From contig JAXHMG010000003.1 in NCBI GenBank assembly GCA_034521595.1, positions 160,001-224,000 on the forward strand: DNA of 64,000 bases, in the 5' to 3' direction. The notes beneath the pieces are model-generated. The model searched no databases. It worked only from the letters and a program-made list of their open reading frames with translations, and was not told where the DNA came from. The stretch comes from Gemmatimonadota bacterium. Its GTDB lineage: Bacteria > Gemmatimonadota > Gemmatimonadetes > Longimicrobiales > Gaopeijiaceae. How positions within the stretch are numbered: position 1 is the first letter of the stretch; the number at the start of each line of letters is the position of its first letter. Below, one piece after another: positions 19,556 through 27,808 of this stretch. The translations under genes were made by a program, and so were the position numbers.

Positions 19556-20167
19556 ATGTCGCTTCTCTCACGCTTCTTCCGCTCGAAGACGGGTCCGGAC
19601 TTCGGCCCGGAGGAGCTGGAAAGCAGACTCCAAACCCTCGAGGAGGAGGCGTCGGGCGCCCGGCCAGGACATCAGGGCACACCTCTGAACAAGGCTGGTG
19701 ATCTGGCGTTGCGCGCCGGCTATCGGGCACGAGCCGTCGAGTACTACGGGCGTGCGATCGACTCCTTCCTGGAAGATCAGCAACGGGAAGCGGCGCGTGG
19801 CGTGGCCAACAAGATCATCCGCGTTCACCCGAAAGCGGTGCGCACGCTGTGCACGCTCACATGGCTCGATCTCGCGGCTCGGCACAAGGCTACGGCCCTC
19901 CTTCACTTGCGCGACTACGTGGAGGCGGCGCACGAGATCGGTGAGCACGACCGTGCCGCCCGGCAGATCCTCGAGATGGCACGGGTAGCTCCGCAGATGG
20001 AGTTCGTGGATGCGGTCGCCGACGCCCTCGACGGGCTCGATTTCGACGAGCGGGCCACGGAGGTGCGCGAATGGGCGCGCTCGGGAGGCTCCCCGGACGT
20101 GCTGAACGACGACGATGTGCTCGCCGAGCACTGCGTTCGTGCCGCCGTGGACTCGGCGAAGGGTTGA
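19556..20167 (+). CDS. Hypothetical helical (TPR-like) protein
   Basis: Clean 203-aa ORF co-oriented with the FKBP gene, helical repeat-like pattern. Confidence 0.6.
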   Translation: MSLLSRFFRSKTGPDFGPEELESRLQTLEEEASGARPGHQGTPLNKAGDLALRAGYRARAVEYYGRAIDSFLEDQQREAARGVANKIIRVHPKAVRTLCTLTWLDLAARHKATALLHLRDYVEAAHEIGEHDRAARQILEMARVAPQMEFVDAVADALDGLDFDERATEVREWARSGGSPDVLNDDDVLAEHCVRAAVDSAKG

Positions 20168-20262
20168 AGGAAGCGCCCGCCGCGCCCCGAGAATGTTGGT
20201 GACGGGCCAAGCTCCCGGGCATAGCTTGGAAATATCGGCGCACTCCCGGCACGAGGTTCACT

Positions 20263-21594
20263 ATGTCCTCACGGCGTAGGCACGTCGCGGTCTTGTTGAT
20301 CGGCGTGGTCTTTGCCCTTGCGTGCGCTTCGGCGGAGGACCGGCTCGAAGAGGGCGTCGTGTTGCAGGCGCAGGGCCGGTACATGGAGGCCGTATACCGG
20401 TACGCCGAGGCTGTCGAGAAGGACGGCTCGCTCCGGGAAGCCCGTGAACGCCTCCTTGCCGCCGGGGACTCCGCGGTCGAAGAGGCGCTCCGTGACGCGG
20501 AGCGCCTCGTGGAGAGGTCCGATCCGGTCGGCGCGGCGTCGCGGTACCGGGACATCGACCGGATGCTGAGGCGTATCCGGGAGGCCGGGACGCGTCTCGA
20601 GCCGCCGGCCACGTACGAGGAGGATCGCCGAGCCCTGTTCGACCGTGCCATCGCCTGGCGCATGAGCCTCGGCGACGAGGCCCGTCGCGAAGGTCGCTGG
20701 ACGGATGCCCGCCGGGCCTACGCCGACGCCCGAGCCGCATTCTCCCCTTCACGGAGACAGGTCGAGGCGTCGTTGGAGGCGGAAACGGAGCTTCTTCTGG
20801 AATGGGCGGAGGTCGAGTTGGACGACGAGCGCCCGCGCGCGGCCTACCTCGTCGCGGCAGAGGCGGCGGAAGTTCGTAGCTCGACGCCCCGCGACGTCGT
20901 GCTGTCGGTTCGCGACCTACAGGGTCGGGCGCTCGAACGTGGCTCCATCGTCGTCGCGGTGCCTCCGGTCGTGGCCCGGGAGCCCGTTCGGCACCGGCTC
21001 GGCCCGGAGTTCGAGATCGACCTCGATGAGCGTCTCGCTCTGGATCATTGGACCGAGCCTCCACCGTTCGTGCGCATGGCCGACCACACCGCGATGCGTG
21101 GAGAGCTGCGGAGTCTGCTCCGCGGGGTTCCCCAAACGCCGCTCTTGGTGGGGCGTGCGCTCGAGCTGGTCGGGGGGGATCTGGCCGCGATGATCGAGGT
21201 ATCCGACGTGGAGGTCGTCGAGGAGGACGTACAGCGAATCACCCGGGAGGCCCGACTGACCGATGGCGCGGGCCAACGCGCGCCACGGTCGGTGGAGTAC
21301 ACGGTGGTCGAGGGCACGCTCGTCTATCGCGCGAGCGCGGACGTGATCCTCGTGGACCACGCCGGCCGGGAAGTGACCCGCTTGCGTGCCGAGGGCCACA
21401 GCTCGGGAGCGTTCCGGCGGGGGGCGTTCGACGGCAACCCGGACCGACTCGAGCTGTCGGACGACGAGCGAGCCCTGTTCGATCCGAGGACGCTCGCGGA
21501 ACAGGCGGAGCCGATCGAAGCGGCGCTCATGGCCGACCTCGCCATGGCGATCGCCGCGGGTACCTACGATACGGTTGTCGAGCGCATCCCCTGA
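20263..21594 (+). CDS. Hypothetical lipoprotein with TPR-like N-terminus
   Basis: Lipobox ALAC. QGRYMEAVYRY TPR-like segment. Confidence 0.6.
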   Translation: MSSRRRHVAVLLIGVVFALACASAEDRLEEGVVLQAQGRYMEAVYRYAEAVEKDGSLREARERLLAAGDSAVEEALRDAERLVERSDPVGAASRYRDIDRMLRRIREAGTRLEPPATYEEDRRALFDRAIAWRMSLGDEARREGRWTDARRAYADARAAFSPSRRQVEASLEAETELLLEWAEVELDDERPRAAYLVAAEAAEVRSSTPRDVVLSVRDLQGRALERGSIVVAVPPVVAREPVRHRLGPEFEIDLDERLALDHWTEPPPFVRMADHTAMRGELRSLLRGVPQTPLLVGRALELVGGDLAAMIEVSDVEVVEEDVQRITREARLTDGAGQRAPRSVEYTVVEGTLVYRASADVILVDHAGREVTRLRAEGHSSGAFRRGAFDGNPDRLELSDDERALFDPRTLAEQAEPIEAALMADLAMAIAAGTYDTVVERIP

Positions 21595-21610
21595 GGGATC
21601 CGAGGGAGCG

Positions 21611-21907
21611 TCAGCGCAGGAGCACCGGCTCGTCCGGGTCGGGCCGGTAGAGCACCGCCGTCCGACCGATGGTCTGGACGGTATGAGCGTCGTCGAGGCC
21701 CTCGGTGAGCGTGTCGGCGATCTCCCGGATCGTGGAGGGCGCCGAATCGAGCGCCTTGATCTTGATGAGCTCTCGCGTGTTGAACGCCTCGCGCACGGAT
21801 TGGGCGACGGGATCGGTCACTCCGTCGCCGCCGACGAGCACGGTGGGCTTCAACGAGTGCGCCAACCGGCGGAGCTCGGCGCGCTGCTTCGATGTGAGTC
21901 GGGTCAT
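21611..21907 (-). CDS. yhbY: YhbY/CRM-domain RNA-binding protein
   Basis: LTSKQRAELRRLAHSLKPTV.VG, ELIKIK, QTIGRTAVLYR. Confidence 0.9.
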   Translation of the reverse strand: MTRLTSKQRAELRRLAHSLKPTVLVGGDGVTDPVAQSVREAFNTRELIKIKALDSAPSTIREIADTLTEGLDDAHTVQTIGRTAVLYRPDPDEPVLLR

Positions 21908-22593
21908 GCACCAACATCGCCCGTACGCAGGATCAGGTCCATCGCCTGCTCGGCCGTGCGGATCTCGGGGTAGCGGCCGAGAAGGGCGGCGAGCACGCCG
22001 CTGGCGTTGGCGACCGCGAAGCTGATCCCTTGAAGGTTCCTCTCTCTGGGCACGCCCGGGATCGGGCGGGGGAATGGAGAGGCGACGAGCGCGCGTTCGC
22101 CGTCGGGGAGCGAGCGAATCGTGAGGGACGCGCGCTCCTGTTCAGGGTCCGGGAGCACACCCGCCACCCCGGGCAAGCAACCCGGGAGCCAGCGTACCCC
22201 GTCGTGCTCCCGCGCGGAGACCAGAATGGCGCCCGCCGCCTCCACTCGTGCGACCGCGCCTTCCAAATGAGCCCGACGGAGGTCGTTGGGGGTGCCGAGG
22301 CTCAGGTTCACGATCCGGGCTTCCCAGGCCAACGCGTGGTCGACGGCCCTCACGAGGGTCGGCACGCTCGTGGCGAGCTTGCTCTCGAAGACCTTGATGG
22401 TGAAGAGCTCCGCCTCGGGGGCCTTCTCGTGGATCGCTGCCGCCACGGCCGTGCCGTGCCCAAGCCGGTCCACGAAGTCGTCGTGTTGACGGCCTTGGAG
22501 GTCCAACCCCATCCCGCCCGCCACTCGCGGGAGGTGGGGGTGGGGGACGTTGACGCCGCTATCGATCACGGCGACGCGGACCGGTCCGCTCAT
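21904..22593 (-). CDS. Small cytoplasmic S8 subtilisin-like protease (QhpE-like)
   Basis: VAVIDSG, DRLGHGT, NLSLG, GISFA triad. No signal peptide or propeptide, ~229 aa. ATGA coupling on both sides. Confidence 0.8.
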   Translation of the reverse strand: MSGPVRVAVIDSGVNVPHPHLPRVAGGMGLDLQGRQHDDFVDRLGHGTAVAAAIHEKAPEAELFTIKVFESKLATSVPTLVRAVDHALAWEARIVNLSLGTPNDLRRAHLEGAVARVEAAGAILVSAREHDGVRWLPGCLPGVAGVLPDPEQERASLTIRSLPDGERALVASPFPRPIPGVPRERNLQGISFAVANASGVLAALLGRYPEIRTAEQAMDLILRTGDVGA

Positions 22594-24323
22594 CCCTTCA
22601 GCACGTCGAGGAAGAGCTCGCGAAACGAAGTGCCCTCGGTTTCGAGCGTGTCCGGCGGTCCGTCTTCGGCGATACGACCGTTCTCGACGACCACGACGCG
22701 CTCGCAACGACGTGCCAGATCCAGGCGGTGCGTGATCACGACCGTCGTCCGGTGGCGCATCAGGCGTTCGTATCCCTGGAGCACGGTCGCTTCGGACGAG
22801 GGGTCGAGCGCGCCCGTCGCTTCGTCCAGGATCAGCACCGCCGGATCGGCGAGGAATGCACGGGCGATCGCCAACCTTTGCCGCTCTCCGGCCGAGAGCT
22901 CCCTGCCGCGCTCACCCACCACGGTGTCGACACCCTGAGGCAGATCCTGGACGAGGGACGTGAGCCCGGCGGCTACGAGCGCCTCTTCGATGTCCGCGTC
23001 GGTGGCGTCGGGGTTGCCGAAGCGGACGTTCTCCCGGATGGTCGCGTGGAAGATGAAGGGATCCTGCTCGACCACGTGCACGAGCCTGCGGACGTCCTCG
23101 AGCGCGAGCGCGCGCAGATCCGTCCCGTCCAGCAGAACCCGTCCGTCGTCGGGGTCGATGAACCGGGCCAGCAGGTCCGCGATGGTCGATTTTCCGCTAC
23201 CGCTCTCGCCTACGATGGCAATGGTCTGGCCGGGTGGAACGTCGAGATCCACCCCGTCGAGGACACCCTCTCCACGGCCGAATCCGAACCGTACGCCCTC
23301 CAGCCGCAGCGAGCCCGGGGTCCGGTCGATCCGGACGGGCTCTTCCGTTTCGACGATCTCGGGTGGAGTGTCCAGCAGCTCGTGGACGCGCAGGAGCGAG
23401 GCGCGGGCGGTCGCCATGTTCGAATAGAGGCCCATGAGCCCCTGGATGGGGCCGAGGAGTCGCATCTGATAGGCCATGAACGCCACGAACGTCCCGAGGG
23501 TGGTGGCTCCGTCGATGACCCTGTATCCGCCGTACAGGAAGACGAGCGCCGTGCCCAGGGACAGCAGGAGCCCGGGGAGGCCTCCGGCGAGATACGTGTA
23601 TAGGCGCATGGAGAGGAGGGCTCGCACGAAGGAGTCGTTCTTCTCCGAGAACCGTCGGATCTCCCGTTCCTGAGCGTTGAGACCGACGATCGTGCGCATC
23701 CCTTGGATGGTCTCGATGAGAAACGTGCCGATGCTCGCGCTTTTTTCCCGCAGGGTGCGCACGCGTTCTTCCAACTCTCTTCGGTACCGGAGCAACGCCC
23801 AGACCGCCGGCGGGAGCGCCAGCATCCCGACCAAGAAGAGCTGTACGTCGAGCCAGACCAACATGGCGAGGGTGCCGATCAGCGCGAGTGACTGGCCGAG
23901 CCAACCCAGGGCCGCTTCACCCGTCACCCGCTGAATCTCTCCGATGTCGCCGTTGATGCGGGATACGATGTCTCCGAGCGGCGTGCGCGCGAAGAACCGG
24001 GGGGAGAGCCGCTGAAGGTGCCGGTACAGCGCGACCCGCATGTCGAACAGGATGTCGGCCGATACGCGGGTGTAGCGGAGGCCGCTCCACGCGTTCATCC
24101 CGAAGGACACGAGCGTGACCAGCAGGAAAGCGAACACGATGCGTACGAGGGCGGTGAAATCGCCCACGAGAATCGCGTCGTCGATCAGCAGCTTGGAGAG
24201 GTAGGGGATCACCAAGTTGAGCGCCGTGCCCGCCATCTGCGCGAGCACGACCGGAACCAACGCGGGCAGGTACGGACGCACGTACCGGAGCGCGCGCATG
24301 AGGTGGGGGTCCGAACGCAGCAT
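22590..24323 (-). CDS. ABC exporter, fused permease/ATPase (QhpF-like)
   Basis: TMD followed by GESGSGKST, LSAGERQR, ILDEAT. Start is a TAATG overlap with the upstream gene. Confidence 0.85.
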   Translation of the reverse strand: MLRSDPHLMRALRYVRPYLPALVPVVLAQMAGTALNLVIPYLSKLLIDDAILVGDFTALVRIVFAFLLVTLVSFGMNAWSGLRYTRVSADILFDMRVALYRHLQRLSPRFFARTPLGDIVSRINGDIGEIQRVTGEAALGWLGQSLALIGTLAMLVWLDVQLFLVGMLALPPAVWALLRYRRELEERVRTLREKSASIGTFLIETIQGMRTIVGLNAQEREIRRFSEKNDSFVRALLSMRLYTYLAGGLPGLLLSLGTALVFLYGGYRVIDGATTLGTFVAFMAYQMRLLGPIQGLMGLYSNMATARASLLRVHELLDTPPEIVETEEPVRIDRTPGSLRLEGVRFGFGRGEGVLDGVDLDVPPGQTIAIVGESGSGKSTIADLLARFIDPDDGRVLLDGTDLRALALEDVRRLVHVVEQDPFIFHATIRENVRFGNPDATDADIEEALVAAGLTSLVQDLPQGVDTVVGERGRELSAGERQRLAIARAFLADPAVLILDEATGALDPSSEATVLQGYERLMRHRTTVVITHRLDLARRCERVVVVENGRIAEDGPPDTLETEGTSFRELFLDVLKG

Positions 24324-25888
24324 TAGCAGCCCTCGGTGATCACGAGAAAGCCGGCGGCGCATGCCACCGACAGGGCCGTCAGCAGCTCCGGAAGATCCAC
24401 GGGCGGCCCCGACCGATTATAGGACTCCCAGAGCTCGGGAACAGAGTGGACGTCGGGAGCGAGCTCGACCAGCCGACGAAGGTCGACGGATCGGTGGAAG
24501 CGGGCCGGACCCGGATGGGCGTCGCTCGTGAGCGACGGTTCGAGCACGATTCTCCGGCCGCGGAGGGTGGGCGCTGAAGCCAGCCGTACGGTGGGCCCGC
24601 GGTGGACGTGTAGCGCCGGAGCTACACGAATGCGCTCGTGCGCTCGACGTACCGCGGGCTCGGGCACGTCGCAGCCTCCACCGGGGAGTGGTCCGGGATC
24701 CGAACCGAGCCCGGGCTTCCCGTGTGGCCAGGAGGGGGGAGACGCGGCTGTGTCCGGCTCCACCTGCTCCGCGGCGGCGTGGGCCGCCCTCGCCCGCTCG
24801 GACCAGAAGGGGTGTCCGTGCGCGGCGGTGGCTTCCTCGAAGAAGCGCGCCGATGCCGCCCGGTACTCGGCGGCCGTTTTCCGTTCGTGCCCTTCGTGGA
24901 ACGAGAGTGCGGCTCCGGTCATCGACGGGTTTTCGAGAGTGGTGAGCGCGACGATTCCGGCCAGCCGGCCCGACCCGAACGCCTTCTTCACCCCCTCGGA
25001 CGAGAGCGGGTCGACGAAGGCTCCCGCGTCTCCGGCCAGAACAATGCCGTCTTCGACGTAGCGACGACTCGTATAGAGCGAGGACGGACAAGCCCACGTT
25101 CCGGGCAGAAGCCTCCACGCGTGTGCGGTTTCCTCGAGCAGGGAAGTCTTCCGGAGCTCGGCCCTGAGGGCTTCGTCGACCGTCGAGCGACCCAGCGGGG
25201 TGTGTCTCGGGTCGATCATCGCCGTGACGCAACGCGTATGCCGGTTGATGGGCACCGACCACGCCCAGCCGTCCTCGTAGCTTTCCACGAGGGTTCGTCC
25301 GGGATGGGCCTCCGGACCCTCCACGCGTGCCCACCGTCCGACCAACGCGAGCGTGGTCGTGTGCCGGTCCGGCTCTCGGCCGAGCCGTCGCGCGAGGAAG
25401 CCGTGTCGTCCCGTCGCGTCGATCACGTGGGGAGCGATGAACGTTCGGGAGCTACCGGCGGCAGAGAGGCAACGGACCCGCCACCCGTCGTCCGTGGGGC
25501 TGGCGGACCGAGCCGAATACCCTGCGATCACCTCGGCTCCGGCGGAGCGCACGGCTTCGTCGAGCACCTCTTCGAGCCCGGTGCGGTCTACGTGGAAACC
25601 ATGGGCACCCCGAGCGAACGTTTCCGTCCGCACCGGACCGCCGGCCCACCGGACCCTGTTTCCCACATTGGCGACGAAGCCGAAGGACTCGACGCGGCCG
25701 AGCATCCCGAGCTCTTCGAGGAGTGGGCGTGCCGAAGGGGGGACGGATTGGACCAGAGAGCCGCCAGCGGGCACCGCGGGCTTCACGAGACGGACGGATC
25801 GGCCCCCCTCGGCGAGTACCGTGGCGGCGGCGGCCCCGGCCGGCCCCCCGCCGAGGACCAGGACTTCGACCTGCTCCGGGGAGCTCAG
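24323..25888 (-). CDS. FAD-dependent monooxygenase/halogenase-fold protein (QhpG-like), probable CTG start
   Basis: VLGGGPAG, HVDR, IDATGR, DGWAW, AGDAGAFVDPLSSEG, with a C-terminal extension. Confidence 0.75.
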   Translation of the reverse strand: MSSPEQVEVLVLGGGPAGAAAATVLAEGGRSVRLVKPAVPAGGSLVQSVPPSARPLLEELGMLGRVESFGFVANVGNRVRWAGGPVRTETFARGAHGFHVDRTGLEEVLDEAVRSAGAEVIAGYSARSASPTDDGWRVRCLSAAGSSRTFIAPHVIDATGRHGFLARRLGREPDRHTTTLALVGRWARVEGPEAHPGRTLVESYEDGWAWSVPINRHTRCVTAMIDPRHTPLGRSTVDEALRAELRKTSLLEETAHAWRLLPGTWACPSSLYTSRRYVEDGIVLAGDAGAFVDPLSSEGVKKAFGSGRLAGIVALTTLENPSMTGAALSFHEGHERKTAAEYRAASARFFEEATAAHGHPFWSERARAAHAAAEQVEPDTAASPPSWPHGKPGLGSDPGPLPGGGCDVPEPAVRRAHERIRVAPALHVHRGPTVRLASAPTLRGRRIVLEPSLTSDAHPGPARFHRSVDLRRLVELAPDVHSVPELWESYNRSGPPVDLPELLTALSVACAAGFLVITEGC

Positions 25889-26127
25889 GGTCGTGGAGCG
25901 CAGGCGCAGCCCAGCCCGCAGGCCTCGTTCGAGACCTGCTCGGACGTTCCCTTCGGTGGCGCGGGTGAGCTCATCAGACGCTCGACTGGGGCCGTCGGTG
26001 GGGTAGCGCCCGGCTCGATCCCCGCGCGGTCGGCGAGCGATCCCCAGGTTTCGACTCGCTCGCGCATACCGTGACGAACCTCGACCGTACGGCCGTTCCT
26101 GGCGCAGTGATACTCGTAGTAGGGCAT
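25885..26127 (-). CDS. Small FmdB-like zinc-ribbon protein
   Basis: MPYYEYHC...VERLMS, Cys-rich tail ACGLGCAC, SD AGGAG. Confidence 0.7.
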   Translation of the reverse strand: MPYYEYHCARNGRTVEVRHGMRERVETWGSLADRAGIEPGATPPTAPVERLMSSPAPPKGTSEQVSNEACGLGCACAPRP

Positions 26128-26364
26128 CGGTGTCACGCTCCTGTGTGCGGTTACATCCGTGGCATGCAAGGTATAGGCTCGGGCGGCTGATCGGTTCCAG
26201 TCGGGGGGACGGATGTTGCATCGATGCCAAGCCAACTGTTGTGCGTGTGCAGCATTTCGGGGGCGTGCCTGTGGTCGATCTGAAGCGCGTGGAGCCCGCT
26301 CGAACGCCCATGGCCCTTGCAACGAAGGGACGAACGCCCTTAGAGCCGCCCTTTGTTCGGCTAT

Positions 26365-26380
26365 GGGCATGTGGGTTGCA
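26365..26380 (+). promoter_or_regulatory. Candidate sigma-54 -24/-12 promoter of the PEP-CTERM gene
   Basis: GGGCAT-GTGGG-TTGCA, GG-N10-GC spacing, 52 bp before the ATG. Confidence 0.6.
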
Positions 26381-26432
26381 ACTTCGATGTGGTTGAAAGC
26401 TTCTGACCCTTCCAAGATCGAGAGGACCTTAG

Positions 26433-27167
26433 ATGAAGCGGTTTGCCAGATCGATCGTGCTGTGGGCTGTGTTCGCGCTCTTCCCTGTTTCAGTGAGTGC
26501 GCAGATCACGGACTTCACGGGCACGTTGGGCTCCGAGGAGTATATGAACTTCGTCTCGGGCTCCGATGTCGTGTCCGATCGTTATCTCGACGGGAACCGT
26601 GTCTACGTCGGACCGTACGTGGGGAATTTCGATCGCGGAGACGGGCTCACGACGCCCAACTTCAGCCTCCTGTGCGTGGACTTCGACAACTACGCCGGTT
26701 CTCAGCGCGTGAACGTCACGGGGTTGGGGTCGGCCTCGGACGATAGCGATCTGGGCGCGACCCGGCTCGGAGGTAGCGCCGGTAGCCTGACTCGGTACCG
26801 GCAGGCCGCCTATCTCGGGTCGCTGTTCGACTCCTGGGAAGGGCTCGAATACGACGCGGGCCAGGGACAGCTCTGGACGGCGATCCACTCCGCCGTCTGG
26901 ACGGTCATGACGGGCAGAGAGATCGGGGGATCCGAGTACGACCTGCGGGATCGGATCCTCGCCGATCATTCGGAAGCGTCCGGGGACTTCACGGCGGACG
27001 GGTGGTACGTGCTGTCCGGTGAAGGTGACGAGACGGCTCAGGAAATGCTGATCCGCACGCCCGCTAGCACGGTGCCCGAGCCCTCGACCTACCTGCTTAT
27101 GGCCACGGGTCTCCTCTTCCTCGTGGCGTTCGGCCGGAAGCGGATGAGTGGTCTTTCCGAGGGTTGA
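26433..27167 (+). CDS. PEP-CTERM sorting domain surface protein
   Basis: Signal peptide. C-terminal VPEPSTYLLMATGLLFLVAFGRKR. Confidence 0.9.
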   Translation: MKRFARSIVLWAVFALFPVSVSAQITDFTGTLGSEEYMNFVSGSDVVSDRYLDGNRVYVGPYVGNFDRGDGLTTPNFSLLCVDFDNYAGSQRVNVTGLGSASDDSDLGATRLGGSAGSLTRYRQAAYLGSLFDSWEGLEYDAGQGQLWTAIHSAVWTVMTGREIGGSEYDLRDRILADHSEASGDFTADGWYVLSGEGDETAQEMLIRTPASTVPEPSTYLLMATGLLFLVAFGRKRMSGLSEG

Positions 27168-27185
27168 CCCTTCCGAGGGTTGACC
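27155..27185. repeat. Tandem direct duplication, 16-bp period
   Basis: TTCCGAGGGTTGACC at 27155-27169 and 27171-27185, spanning the stop codon. Confidence 0.85.
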
Positions 27186-27222
27186 TCCGTCACCGGTGAC
27201 CCCCCTTTAGCCGGTGCCGGGC

Positions 27223-27262
27223 GAGCGGAGTGCGCTTCGGCGCGCTCCGCTCCTTTTTCTTT
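27223..27262 (+). terminator. Intrinsic terminator after the PEP-CTERM gene
   Basis: GAGCGGAGTGCGC-TTCG-GCGCGCTCCGCTC followed by CTTTTTCTTT. Confidence 0.85.
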
Positions 27263-27277
27263 CAGCCACCCACCGCT

Positions 27278-27805
27278 ATGAGCCGACCTACTTTGCAACC
27301 CTCTCCGTGGGCTGTGCGCGGCCTGTACCTCTTCGCGATCGTGCTGATGGTCATGCCACTGGCGGATCTCGTATCCACGGTGCTGCCCGCGAGGCCGGGG
27401 GACTTCAGTTGGCGGTACGGCACGCTGGGGTTGGCGGCCGGATACCTGCACACCCCGATGATCGGCCTCGCGCTCGCGCTCGGACTCGGATTCTGGCGGG
27501 AACACCCTTGGGTGCTCCGGTTCGGCGGAGCGGTGGCCATGGTCGGCTCTGTCGCGCTCGGTCTCGTGATCGTCGTCTTCGCCCTCGACGTGCTCCAGAT
27601 GCGCGGGATGCGGGAGGAAGAGGTCCAGTCGGCCGTGCTGGCGGGCGGGGTGCTGCAGGAGATCAAATACCTTACCGCGGCGCTTGTGCTGGCCCCCCTC
27701 GGGTATGGGGCCTGGCGCACGGCCGGTGCGATCAAGCGCTCTTCCGCGTCCCGAGCCTCGGGCGCGCCCGGCATCGTTACGCGGAGCGGCAAGGCTCCGA
27801 CCTGA
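27278..27805 (+). CDS. Hypothetical 4-TM membrane protein
   Basis: Four hydrophobic segments, WRYG motif. Confidence 0.65.
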   Translation: MSRPTLQPSPWAVRGLYLFAIVLMVMPLADLVSTVLPARPGDFSWRYGTLGLAAGYLHTPMIGLALALGLGFWREHPWVLRFGGAVAMVGSVALGLVIVVFALDVLQMRGMREEEVQSAVLAGGVLQEIKYLTAALVLAPLGYGAWRTAGAIKRSSASRASGAPGIVTRSGKAPT

Positions 27806-27808
27806 GGC

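Noticed and set aside
24323-25888. Tryptophan halogenase call for the FAD enzyme
   Set aside because: GWAWSVP only loosely resembles WxWxIP, and the ABC plus S8 context fits QhpG better.
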